Positions 1 through 8,521 of a DNA stretch of 64,000 bases are shown piece by piece (the stretch's first letter is position 1; the number at the start of each line of letters is the position of its first letter). Source of the stretch: Phycisphaerae bacterium (GTDB lineage: Bacteria > Planctomycetota > Phycisphaerae > SM23-33); contig WRDM01000008.1 of NCBI GenBank assembly GCA_009783465.1, positions 2,943-66,942 on the forward strand. The letters run 5' to 3'. The notes under the pieces are model-generated. The model had not been told where the DNA came from. It made no database searches and saw nothing but the letters and a program-made list of their open reading frames with translations. Made by a program: the position numbers and the translations under genes.

Positions 1-158
1 TAGCCAGTAGCCAATCGCCAGTAGCCAACAGGTATGGGACGACAAGGGCGAAAGGCAATGAAAGCGGAAACAGGTAAACGCGTAGCGACGAATCGGGATC
101 GTGTGATTTGCGACAGACCTCGCCGTACCTGGTGGCTATTGGCTACTGGCTGTTGGCT
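1..158. repeat. HS-A hairpin element (GCCAGTA/GCCAATA heptad arms), left arm cut by the window edge
   Basis: Arms 1-29 and 123-158. Junctions AGGTATGG / CGTACCT. The loop carries blocks GGCGAAAGGCAATGAA and GGATCGTGTGATTTGCGACAG. Confidence 0.8.
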
Positions 159-189
159 TTTTCCCCACAGACTTTATAGAGTACTCACT

Positions 190-837
190 ATGACAACCCA
201 CGAACCCCATTCGCATCGACACAGGATTCGGCGGCATTATGAGCCGCGGATCGAGGCGGGGCGGGCGAATTATGACATTCTCGACTGGGCCAGTCCGCAG
301 TCGCAGCGGGCGCGGTTTGAGGTGTTGGCGCGGCACGTCGACCTGGCCGGACGGAGCCTGCTGGACATCGGCTGCGGACTTGGCGATCTGCTGGGCTTTT
401 TGCGCGACCGCCGTATCGACATGCGGTATACGGGTGTGGATATTCTCGACAAAATGGTCGCCGCCGCCCGCGACCGCCATCCTGACGGCTTGTTTATCCA
501 CGCCGACATTTTTAGCCAGGACGATCAACCCCACCAGCCTCATCAACCGATTTTCGAAGCCAACTCGTTCGACGTAACGTTCTGTAGCGGCGCGTTCAAT
601 CTCAACCTGGACAACAACGCGCAGTTTCTCCCGCACGCGGTGGCCGAGATGGTCCGCCTCGCCCGCCACGCCGCCGTGTTCAATCTCCTCCATCACCGCG
701 CCCGGCAGGGGGATGAAACCTATTTCTATTACGAGCCGGAAAACATCCCGTCGCTCGTGGCGGGCCTGGACGTGACGGTGCAAATTTTCGACGATTATCT
801 GCACAACGATTTCACGGTGATTTGCCGGAAAAAATAA
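190..837 (+). CDS. class I SAM-dependent methyltransferase
   Basis: ORF 34..837. The first ATG after the upstream hairpin repeat is at 190. SAM motif I 'LLDIGCGLGDLLGFL'. Confidence 0.75.
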   Translation: MTTHEPHSHRHRIRRHYEPRIEAGRANYDILDWASPQSQRARFEVLARHVDLAGRSLLDIGCGLGDLLGFLRDRRIDMRYTGVDILDKMVAAARDRHPDGLFIHADIFSQDDQPHQPHQPIFEANSFDVTFCSGAFNLNLDNNAQFLPHAVAEMVRLARHAAVFNLLHHRARQGDETYFYYEPENIPSLVAGLDVTVQIFDDYLHNDFTVICRKK

Positions 838-839
838 CC

Positions 840-2921
840 ATGCTGGGATTCCTCACATTCCTGGTGCCTGCGGTTCTGGGGGCTGCTGCGGCGGTGGCGG
901 CGCCGGTGGTGATTCATTTGTTGTTGCGGTCCAAGCCGCGGCAGGTGGTGTTTCCGGCGATGCGGTTTGTCCGCAAGACACAGTTGGCGAGTGTGTCCTC
1001 GCAGCGGCTGCGGCAGTTGATTCTGCTGGCGATGCGGATGTTGGTGATCGCGTTGGTGGTGGGGTTGGTCGCGCGGGCACAGTTGCCGGCGTTCAGCCAG
1101 GCGCCGGCGGAGGAACTGCCGTGCGACATGATCGTGATTGTCGACAACAGCGGCTCGATGAATTACCTTCAGGGCGGCGTCAGTCGGCTGGGCAAGGGCA
1201 AGCAGTTGGCCCGCGAGCGGATCGGTCGTCTGCCGGCGGGGTCGCGGGCGGCGGTCATGTGGGTGTCCGACCCGGCGGCGGGCGGGACGTTTCTGGACAC
1301 GTCGACGGCCGTCGGCGAGGTCGATCGCATCGAGCCCACATGGGGCGGTCAGGCGTTGGGCGATTGTCTCCGCCGGGCTGTTGAGTTGGCGGCGAAGGCA
1401 GACAGCGGCCGACGCAAGGAGATCGTGCTCGTCACCGACATGACCGGTCCGGCGTGGCGGGACGTGACGGCGGTCGGCGAAATCGACGCGTGGTTTGTCG
1501 TGCTCGATCCCACGCAGGGGCGGACGAATAATTTGTCGTTGAGCGAGCCGAAACTCAAGGCCAGTGCCGTGCCGGCGGGATCGTCGACGGAGTTGGCGGT
1601 CACGCTGGCCAGCGTGGGGATCGACGGCGAATGCATGGTTCGCCTTGACGTATCAGGCGAGGCGGTCGGTCAATGGGCCCGCGCGGTGCAGGACGGCGTG
1701 TCGTCGCGACTGTCGATGGAGGTTCGTCCGGCGCGGGAGGGCGTGGCGCAGGGTCAGGTTTCGCTGTCGCAGCCGGACAATCTGGAGCTGGACGACGTGC
1801 GGTATTTCACGGTGCGGGTTGGTGCGGCGGCGCGGGTGCTGGTGGTTCGCGACGGCGTGAACGTCGGGCGCGGCGATGCGACGAGCCGGCTGATGACGGC
1901 GGCGATCATGCCGGCCGGCTCGGGCGTGCGTGGCGAGGGCATCACCAGCGGGCCGTTGGGGCGGACGGATTTGTCGTCGTTCGACGGTGTGGTGCTGGCG
2001 AACGTGGCCGGGCTGACGCTCGAGCAGTGGGACGCGCTGGACGCGTACGTTCGCGGCGGGGGGCAGTTGTGGGTGGTGCCGGGCGACCTGGTGTCGGCGG
2101 CGGCGTACAACATTCGGCCAGCGCAGCGGCTGTTGCCGGCGACGCTGGGGGAGGTGCAGTCGCCGTCGGGCGGCGTTCGGCTGCGGGCGGCGGAACTGGA
2201 TCATCCGCTGGTGTCGCCGTTTGCTGGCGGGGAGAATCCGCCGCTGTCGGACGTGGTGGCGGCGCGTCGGTGGGCGATCGAGTCGCGTGCGGAGGACGCG
2301 GAGGTGGCGTTGGCGTACGCTGACGGCGTGCCGGCGATTCTGCGTCGGCCTGTCGGGCTTGGCGCGTGCGTGCTGTGGAATCTTTCGCCGGCGGGCGAAT
2401 TTTCCAACCTCGCGCCGCTCCAGCAGTTTCCGATTCTCGTGCAGCAGACGGTTCGGCTGATGGGGGCCGACCAGGACGCGCGGACGTTGTACAGGCTGGG
2501 CGAAACGGTGTACGTGCCGCTGCCGCGCCAGATGGCTTCGCCGGCGGTCGGCGTCCGCGGGCCCGGCCAGGCGGTAGAGACGGCGGAGGCGTTGCGTGGC
2601 GACGCGCGCGAATTGGCCATGACGGCCGACCGGGTGGGGCACTACGTCGTTTCGTTCACGCAGGACGGGCGGCGGCGGGAGTTCGGCTTCAGCGTGAACG
2701 CGCCGGAGGCAGAGAGTGACCTGGCCGTTGTGGCGGCGGAGCAGGTTCAAGACAAATTTCCCGCCGGCCGATTCCGCGTCCTCACGCCCGACCAGGCCAA
2801 CGACGCCGACGACCGAACCGTGAAAAAAAACCTGGATTTAACCGCTCCGCTGCTGTTGGCCTTATTCGCCCTGCTGACCGGCGAGGCGTTTTTCGCCAAC
2901 CGATTCTACAAACGCGCGTAA
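840..2921 (+). CDS. BatA-N-terminal/VWA-domain membrane protein
   Basis: ORF 822..2921, ATG at 840. N-terminal two-TM 'HLLLRSKPRQVVFPAMRF' (aerotolerance BatA-like). MIDAS-like 'VDNSGSM'. Confidence 0.75.
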   Translation: MLGFLTFLVPAVLGAAAAVAAPVVIHLLLRSKPRQVVFPAMRFVRKTQLASVSSQRLRQLILLAMRMLVIALVVGLVARAQLPAFSQAPAEELPCDMIVIVDNSGSMNYLQGGVSRLGKGKQLARERIGRLPAGSRAAVMWVSDPAAGGTFLDTSTAVGEVDRIEPTWGGQALGDCLRRAVELAAKADSGRRKEIVLVTDMTGPAWRDVTAVGEIDAWFVVLDPTQGRTNNLSLSEPKLKASAVPAGSSTELAVTLASVGIDGECMVRLDVSGEAVGQWARAVQDGVSSRLSMEVRPAREGVAQGQVSLSQPDNLELDDVRYFTVRVGAAARVLVVRDGVNVGRGDATSRLMTAAIMPAGSGVRGEGITSGPLGRTDLSSFDGVVLANVAGLTLEQWDALDAYVRGGGQLWVVPGDLVSAAAYNIRPAQRLLPATLGEVQSPSGGVRLRAAELDHPLVSPFAGGENPPLSDVVAARRWAIESRAEDAEVALAYADGVPAILRRPVGLGACVLWNLSPAGEFSNLAPLQQFPILVQQTVRLMGADQDARTLYRLGETVYVPLPRQMASPAVGVRGPGQAVETAEALRGDARELAMTADRVGHYVVSFTQDGRRREFGFSVNAPEAESDLAVVAAEQVQDKFPAGRFRVLTPDQANDADDRTVKKNLDLTAPLLLALFALLTGEAFFANRFYKRA

Positions 2922-3998
2922 TTCTTGTGGGGTCATATCGGGGGAGTAGTGGATGATCGCGCCGCGTTTGGCGGGGGAAGAGAAGAGGTAGTGGGCGATC
3001 AAGCCCAGGCGGTAGACGTCGGCGGTAGAGGTGGGCGAGGGCTGGGCGGCGGTGTCGCAAGCGGCGGCCATGGCGGCGAGTGTGGCGGCGAGTTGTTCGT
3101 CGGTGGGGGTTTGGCTGAGGGGGGCGATTTTCGTCACGGCGGGGCCGACGGCGAGGAAGACGTCCCGCCATTTTTTTGACGCCGCCGGTTGCACGAGAAT
3201 GAACCGCCACTGCTCCATCGGCCTGACGTGGGCGTAGTCTTCGTGGTCCAGCGTGCGAGTGCGGTCGAGTCGTTTTTTCAGGCCTGCCGCCCGCTCGAAT
3301 TCCGTCGCGTCGGCGGCCTGCCGCATGCGTTCCCGCAGCCGCGAGAGGAATGGTTCGCGTTGCCCGCTTGCGAAGGCGGCCGCCTCGGCGACCTGCTGGC
3401 GATATGGCTCCAGCGAGATCGCGCCGTGGCAAGGCCCGGTGCATCGGCCCATTTGCCAGTACGTGCACGCGGGCCCGTGGGGCGACTGCCGCAGGCACGC
3501 GACGTCGCGGCAAAGGTCGAACAGATCCTCAATGGTTTCGATGAATCCCCGGGCGGCCTGTCCGCTGGGAAAAGGCCCGACGGTCAGCCCGGCCTGCCCC
3601 GGCTGGCGGGTCCGCGAAAAATGCGGGAACTCCTCCGACGGGTCCACGTGCACCAGCCAGGCACGCCGCCAGGAGAGCAGCTCCGCGAACGAGGCCGGGA
3701 ACAGCGATCGGGCCAATTCCAGAAACGTCGCGTCGGCTTCCCAGTGGCTCGGCGTGAGCGTGTAGAGAATTTTCCGCGTGATCTGGCGAAGATCGGCGGA
3801 TTTGCGCCGCGTGTCGTCGGCAGGCTCGGCCAGGCGATGGCGAAGCCGGGCGCGAAGATCCGCCGCCGTCAACAGCAGAATGGGCGCGTCGCGTTCATCG
3901 GCCAACAACAGCACACCGCGCTTGGCGGGAATGTCCGCCAACGCCTCCTCACTCAACGGCGGCTCCACGGCGATTGCATGGGAAAACAACGTGTTCAT
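2862..3998 (-). CDS. UvrC N-terminal-like protein (degenerate GIY-YIG region, Cys-rich segment, UVR-like helix)
   Basis: ORF 2862..4103; the ATG at 3998 ('MNTLFSH') lies outside the hairpin repeat. 'CLRQSPHGPACTYWQMGRCTGPC' resembles the UvrC Cys cluster. 'EFERAAGLKKRL' is UVR-like. Confidence 0.5.
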   Translation of the reverse strand: MNTLFSHAIAVEPPLSEEALADIPAKRGVLLLADERDAPILLLTAADLRARLRHRLAEPADDTRRKSADLRQITRKILYTLTPSHWEADATFLELARSLFPASFAELLSWRRAWLVHVDPSEEFPHFSRTRQPGQAGLTVGPFPSGQAARGFIETIEDLFDLCRDVACLRQSPHGPACTYWQMGRCTGPCHGAISLEPYRQQVAEAAAFASGQREPFLSRLRERMRQAADATEFERAAGLKKRLDRTRTLDHEDYAHVRPMEQWRFILVQPAASKKWRDVFLAVGPAVTKIAPLSQTPTDEQLAATLAAMAAACDTAAQPSPTSTADVYRLGLIAHYLFSSPAKRGAIIHYSPDMTPQELRAFVESVGEKRLAGQQGE

Positions 3999-4030
3999 GG
4001 GTTTCGTTGCTCGATGGTGAAAACGTGCCG

Positions 4031-4208
4031 CGCGTTCGAGGGAACCTAGCCAGTAGCCAATAGCCAGTAGCCAATAGGTATGGGTAAATCTGTGGCGGAT
4101 CACACGATCCTGATTTTGACCACGCTCGTATCCATTCCCACGATCACTGCCAATTTCGCCGTTGTCTTTCCTTACCTACTGGCTACTGGCTTGGTTCCCT
4201 CGAACGCG
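4031..4208. repeat. HS-A hairpin element with TTCGAGGGAAC clamp; loop inverted relative to copies 1 and 3
   Basis: Clamp CGCGTTCGAGGGAACC / GGTTCCCTCGAACGCG. The arms are heptad arrays. The loop blocks are present as reverse complement. Confidence 0.85.
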
Positions 4209-4240
4209 CGGTTCATTTTTACCCGCGTGCCGCGAACAGC

Positions 4241-4714
4241 CTACAGCCACATGCCCGTGATGAGGCCTTCGAAGACGAATTGGTCTTTGACGAAGCCCTG
4301 CACGGCGCCGATGGCGCGGCGGGGGCGGCTTTCGACCATTTTGGCCACCATGATCAGGCGGTCGCCGGGCACGACCTGGCCTCGGAATTTCACGTCCGTC
4401 ACGCCGCCGAACCCCAGGAATCCTTTGCCGGGATTGCGGGACATCTCGAGGTAGCTGACCAGTTGGGCGGCGGTCTCGATCATCAGCACGCCGGGGAACA
4501 GCGGCCGGCCTGGGATGTGCCCGCGAACCCAGAACTCGTCGCTTCGGCAGTCGCGGAAACCGGCCAGCGCGCAGGTGGTTTCGTCGACGAAAAAAATCCC
4601 ATCCAGCAGTTGAAACTCATACGCGTGCGGGTTGACCTTGTAAATGCCGGCCTTGTCGACGGCAATTTTCGATGGGTCCAACGTCGCCAGATCAATGTAC
4701 GGTTGCGGGGGCAT
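4241..4714 (-). CDS. FabA/FabZ-family 3-hydroxyacyl-ACP dehydratase (hotdog fold)
   Basis: ORF 4241..4825, ATG at 4714. Active-site region 'RGHIPGRPLFPGVLMIETAAQ' is typical of FabZ. Confidence 0.75.
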   Translation of the reverse strand: MPPQPYIDLATLDPSKIAVDKAGIYKVNPHAYEFQLLDGIFFVDETTCALAGFRDCRSDEFWVRGHIPGRPLFPGVLMIETAAQLVSYLEMSRNPGKGFLGFGGVTDVKFRGQVVPGDRLIMVAKMVESRPRRAIGAVQGFVKDQFVFEGLITGMWL

Positions 4715-4838
4715 AAGTTTTTCCTCATGAAGACAATGATTGAGCGTATCCGAATCCGCTGGCGGTTTCAACCGGATTGCTGCGCTCGTCCAGGGCGAAC
4801 GCATATGCATTTCTCTTTCTCGCACGGGATCCGTGTGT

Positions 4839-4958
4839 CGGCGCGACTGGCCGCAGGCCCTGCCGTTTTACGCTGTAGATCGGTGTGTACGACGAAGCGT
4901 TCTGTCGCGCATCATGTTTTACAACGCAAAATGGCAGGGCCTGCGGCCAGTCGCGCCG
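4839..4958. repeat. H-family hairpin element, copy 1
   Basis: Arms CGGCGCGACTGGCCGCAGGCCCTGCCGTTTT / AAAATGGCAGGGCCTGCGGCCAGTCGCGCCG. The loop shares ACGAAGCGTTCTGTCGC with copy 2. Confidence 0.85.
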
Positions 4959-5241
4959 ACCGTGAAGGTCGCGCGAAAAGTCGGAAAGTGCCCGTGCGGT
5001 TTCCCACCGCCCTCGTCGGTTCCTGTCGTTCACTTTAGAAAAAAGGCGAAAAAAATTCCCGCGCCATTTGCCTGCCCGCCCATTGCATCGTACGTTCCCG
5101 TTTGAAAAGGAAATATCTGGCAGCGTGGCCCCTTGTGTTTGCAGGGTCGTGTGTCGTGTTCGCTGTCGGATGATGCCTGGTCGAACGCAACCCTGCGGTA
5201 ATCCATTGTGGTTACGGGGTAACTCTCTAGGAAGAGGAGGA

Positions 5242-5916
5242 ATGAACATGAAAAGTCTGGCTCGAAGTCTCATTGTGGTGTTGGCCGTCATGGCTGTTCC
5301 AGCCTATGGGGCCGTTCTATCTATTAACAGCAGTTTTGCCACCGGCCTGGACGGTTGGACCGGGATCAACAACAGCAAACTGGACTGGATAAGTTCAGGA
5401 GGTCCTGACGGCGGCGGGTATCTCCAGTGGACCGATCTGGGCGACGGGTGGGGAACCATTGTCGCCCCCAGCAAGTTCGTGGGCGATTTGCGGGAATTTG
5501 ACGAAGGCGTGTTGGCGTTCGACTACAAAGTGTTCACCTATGGCGACGGGCTCATGCAGTACAACCCCATTATCGTGAAACTCGTCACGGGGGCCCGCAC
5601 CTATGAGTACACGGTGGCCACGGCCGCGGAGGTGGGGGCGCTGGGGACCACGGACTGGCATCACTTCGAGGTGTCGATGACGGCGGCGGCCTGGGGCGTC
5701 ACGGAATTTGAGTGGGAATTGATTCTTCGCAACGTGAAGGGGATTCAGATCGCCGTCGAACCCGCCTTCAACTCGAAGAAACCCTACGATGTCATCGGCG
5801 TCGGCGGCATCATATTGCAGTCGAAGGACGATGTGGGCGACGTTCCCGAACCTGCCACGCTGACGTTGATGGGCATGGGCGCGCTGGCCTTGCTACGCCG
5901 CCGCTGCCGCAAATGA
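5242..5916 (+). CDS. PEP-CTERM-anchored secreted protein
   Basis: SD 'GGAAGAGGAGG' upstream of the ATG at 5242. Signal peptide present. C-terminal 'VPEPATLTLMGMGALALLRRRCRK'. Confidence 0.8.
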   Translation: MNMKSLARSLIVVLAVMAVPAYGAVLSINSSFATGLDGWTGINNSKLDWISSGGPDGGGYLQWTDLGDGWGTIVAPSKFVGDLREFDEGVLAFDYKVFTYGDGLMQYNPIIVKLVTGARTYEYTVATAAEVGALGTTDWHHFEVSMTAAAWGVTEFEWELILRNVKGIQIAVEPAFNSKKPYDVIGVGGIILQSKDDVGDVPEPATLTLMGMGALALLRRRCRK

Positions 5917-5950
5917 CAGGGTACGCGGAACCGGAGTAAGCACACGAAGC

Positions 5951-5985
5951 AACCCTCGGCCTGGCAAACAGACCGAGGGTTTTTC
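5951..5985 (+). terminator. intrinsic terminator after the PEP-CTERM gene
   Basis: Stem CCCTCGGCC/GACCGAGGG followed by TTTTT. Confidence 0.6.
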
Positions 5986-6080
5986 GCGGGACAAACGTAC
6001 GTATAGCCCTTTTTCGCATACAACGGTCATGCAAAAAATCGAGGAATGTGCATGCGATCGTCCTGAGGTTTTTCGTGCGT

Positions 6081-7508
6081 TCACTCCGTCGGAAACGCGA
6101 ACTCCCGCACGCGGCGGACGACGATGGACATCATGCGTTCGAGTGTGGGCAGGTCGATCGCCGGCGGGGGCATGAGCACGATCACATCGTCCAGCGGGCG
6201 GATGATCAGGCCGTCCGGGCGCGCGGTGCGACACACCGCCGAACCGATCCGCCGCGTCCAGTCGTACTGCTCCCAGGGCCGCCGATCCGCGCCGCGCCGC
6301 CCGCGGGATTTCACCAACTCGATGCCCGCCATCAGGCCGCACTGGCGAATGTCGCCCACGTGCGGATGATCCGCCAAGGCCGACAAATGCCGCCGCATCA
6401 ACTCCACCTTCGCCGGCAGCGACGCCAGCAGCCCGCTCGTGAAAATCAACTCCAGACTTGCCACCGCCGCCGCACAACCCAGTGCGTTGCCGGTGAACGT
6501 ATGGCCGTGATAAAACGTTCGCGCCTGTCCCGCTTCGCCGAGGAACGCGTCGAAAATTTCCTGCGTTGCCAGCGTCGCAGACACCGGCAGATACCCGCCC
6601 GTCAGGCCTTTGCCGAGGCACAGCAGGTCCGGCCCGATTTGCTCATGTTCGCACGCGTACAGCGTGCCCGTACGGCAGAATCCTGTGGCCACTTCGTCGG
6701 CGATGAGCAACACGTCGTGTTCGCGCGTCAGTTGACGCAGCGCCCGCATGAATCCCGGCGGTTGCGTGAGCATGCCGCCGGCGCCCTGGATCATCGGTTC
6801 GACGAACACGGCGCAGTACTCGCCCGGCGAAGTTTCGAAGGCATGGCGAGTCTGCGCGAGCGGCCCTGCTTCGTTCTCCGAGCTACGCAGGGTTACATCA
6901 TTTTTTCCGTAGTGTTCGTTGGGGCAATCGACGAACGTCGTTTCGAACAGCAGCGGGCGGAACACGCGGTGGAACAGGTCGATGCCGCCCAGGCTGACCG
7001 CGCCGACGGTGTCGCCGTGATAGCCTTCACGGAAGGCGATGAATTTCCGCCTTGCCGCCTGCCCGCGGTTTTGCCAATACTGGAACGCCATTTTGCAGGC
7101 GATTTCGGTGGCCGTCGCGCCGCTGTCGCTGAAGAATACTTTGCGGAGCCCGCTCATGCACTCCGGCAGCGTGGTGATAAGTTTTTCCGCCAGCCGAATG
7201 CTTGGTGGCGAGGCGAATCCCAGCAGCGTCGAGTGCGCGATGCGATCGAGCTGCTGGCGGATGGCGTCGTCGATTGCCGTCACGCGATGGCCGTGCAGAT
7301 TGCACCACAGGCTGCCGAAGCCGTCGATGTAGCGTCGGCCCTGCACGTCGATCAATTCGAACCCCTCGCCCGCGACGAGGAGCGCGTCGGACAGATCCGC
7401 CGCGTCGAGCCATGGCTGCATCGGCGTGAAGGGGTGCCAGACGTACCGCTTGTCGGCGTCGATGAGTTCGTTCGCATGTTCGGTTGGGATGGACGGTTTT
7501 TCGTTCAT
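6081..7508 (-). CDS. bioA: adenosylmethionine-8-amino-7-oxononanoate aminotransferase
   Basis: 475-aa ORF. 'YVWHPFTPM', 'FFSDSGATATEIACKMAFQYW' and 'LLIADEVATGFCRTG' are BioA/class-III aminotransferase hallmarks. Confidence 0.9.
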   Translation of the reverse strand: MNEKPSIPTEHANELIDADKRYVWHPFTPMQPWLDAADLSDALLVAGEGFELIDVQGRRYIDGFGSLWCNLHGHRVTAIDDAIRQQLDRIAHSTLLGFASPPSIRLAEKLITTLPECMSGLRKVFFSDSGATATEIACKMAFQYWQNRGQAARRKFIAFREGYHGDTVGAVSLGGIDLFHRVFRPLLFETTFVDCPNEHYGKNDVTLRSSENEAGPLAQTRHAFETSPGEYCAVFVEPMIQGAGGMLTQPPGFMRALRQLTREHDVLLIADEVATGFCRTGTLYACEHEQIGPDLLCLGKGLTGGYLPVSATLATQEIFDAFLGEAGQARTFYHGHTFTGNALGCAAAVASLELIFTSGLLASLPAKVELMRRHLSALADHPHVGDIRQCGLMAGIELVKSRGRRGADRRPWEQYDWTRRIGSAVCRTARPDGLIIRPLDDVIVLMPPPAIDLPTLERMMSIVVRRVREFAFPTE

Positions 7509-7523
7509 TTTCGTTGGTTTTTG

Positions 7524-8456
7524 TTATTTTTCGGGGCTGGCTTGGGTGAACAGTCGCGTTTGTCCGGCGTGGAGGGGCAGGGAGATCGCCCGGCCTGGAT
7601 GCACGACGGATTCGTCGGCTCGGAATTCGGCCATGGTCTGGTAGGCGGGCACGAGCGGGCGGTCGGTGGCCCAGTGCGTGCTTCGCAGGGCGGAGATGGC
7701 GGTGAGTTCGCCAGCTCCCGCGCCGCGGACGGCGGGCAGGCGTTGTTCACGAACGTCCGGCTGTGAGTGCAGATACGTGGCGGCGAAGATCGTCAGCCCC
7801 GCTGCCACGGCGACGGCGGCGGCCACACGCCACGCCGGCGCGCGGATCAGCAATGTGGCGGCCAACGCCAGCAGACCCAGCGACAATAGCGTGATCGCGT
7901 TGCGTTTCACGTCGGCAGGCCAGTGGGCTCGTTCGTAATCGGCTTGGATAAACTCGCGGCGGACGTGCTCGACTGGCCATTCGATGGTTGTCTCCGTTAC
8001 GGCGAGGGGGGCGGCGTGAGGCGACTCCTCGGGCAGCAGACTCACCGCGTACGGCTGTGTGTGCGAAAACGGAGGCAGCGGCAGATTCACGGTTTGCCGC
8101 GTACTCGCCGGCACGACGCACGGCCAATAAATGTTCGGCCCGCCTCCGGCGGGCGCCAACAACACCGCGCGAATCGTGTGCGCCGTCGTGTTGTGCACGG
8201 TGAGCGTGGCGGGGCGGAAAAACGTTTCCGTCGCCGCCGTCGAGTCCGCCGCCGGCGCGAGCGTAACGGTGACGGGATCGGCCGACGATTGCGCCGACGT
8301 GGATGCGGTGAGGGTCAACGCAATGCACAGGATGACAGTGTAGACAAACGATTCAACAATGGAAATGGTTGTCGGTATGTGTCGATCAAGCGGATTGTGT
8401 TTTCGTCTTGAAAACAACCGATTGGCCTCCCCGGCCTCGCGTTGGATGGCCGGCAC
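7524..8456 (-). CDS. hypothetical secreted/membrane protein
   Basis: Maximal ORF starting at GTG 8456. A TTG at 8417 would give a plausible signal peptide ('FSRRKH...ILCIALTLTASTSAQS'). C-terminal TM segment. Start uncertain. Confidence 0.5.
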   Translation of the reverse strand: MPAIQREAGEANRLFSRRKHNPLDRHIPTTISIVESFVYTVILCIALTLTASTSAQSSADPVTVTLAPAADSTAATETFFRPATLTVHNTTAHTIRAVLLAPAGGGPNIYWPCVVPASTRQTVNLPLPPFSHTQPYAVSLLPEESPHAAPLAVTETTIEWPVEHVRREFIQADYERAHWPADVKRNAITLLSLGLLALAATLLIRAPAWRVAAAVAVAAGLTIFAATYLHSQPDVREQRLPAVRGAGAGELTAISALRSTHWATDRPLVPAYQTMAEFRADESVVHPGRAISLPLHAGQTRLFTQASPEK

Positions 8457-8508
8457 ACTGTTTCCAACATCCTACATCGCAAAACGGCAAGCCATATCCA
8501 CATCGAAC
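8408..8508. repeat. fragments of the I-family (TTGAAAACAACCGAT...) and of the 34.4-kb palindrome arm
   Basis: Left half of the I hairpin, then 'CTACATCGCAAAACGGCAAGCCATAT', which is similar to the reverse complement of 34445-34475. Confidence 0.4.
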
Positions 8509-8521
8509 GTCCGTGCCGCGT

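Noticed and set aside
34-189. N-terminal extensions of ORFs that read through hairpin repeats: 34-189, 30558-31241, 21101-21358, 45593-45649, 3999-4103, 55931-56200
   Set aside because: The extensions translate repeat arms and loops (e.g. 'WWLLATGCWLF', 'MGETPMRLTGKMPVL') or overlap the tRNA-Cys. Internal starts with SD sites and native-looking N-termini exist downstream.
6048-7766. 572-aa ORF on the + strand
   Set aside because: It is antisense to the clearly recognisable bioA. Its composition is R/H/Q/A-dominated with no motifs, a typical GC-driven shadow ORF.
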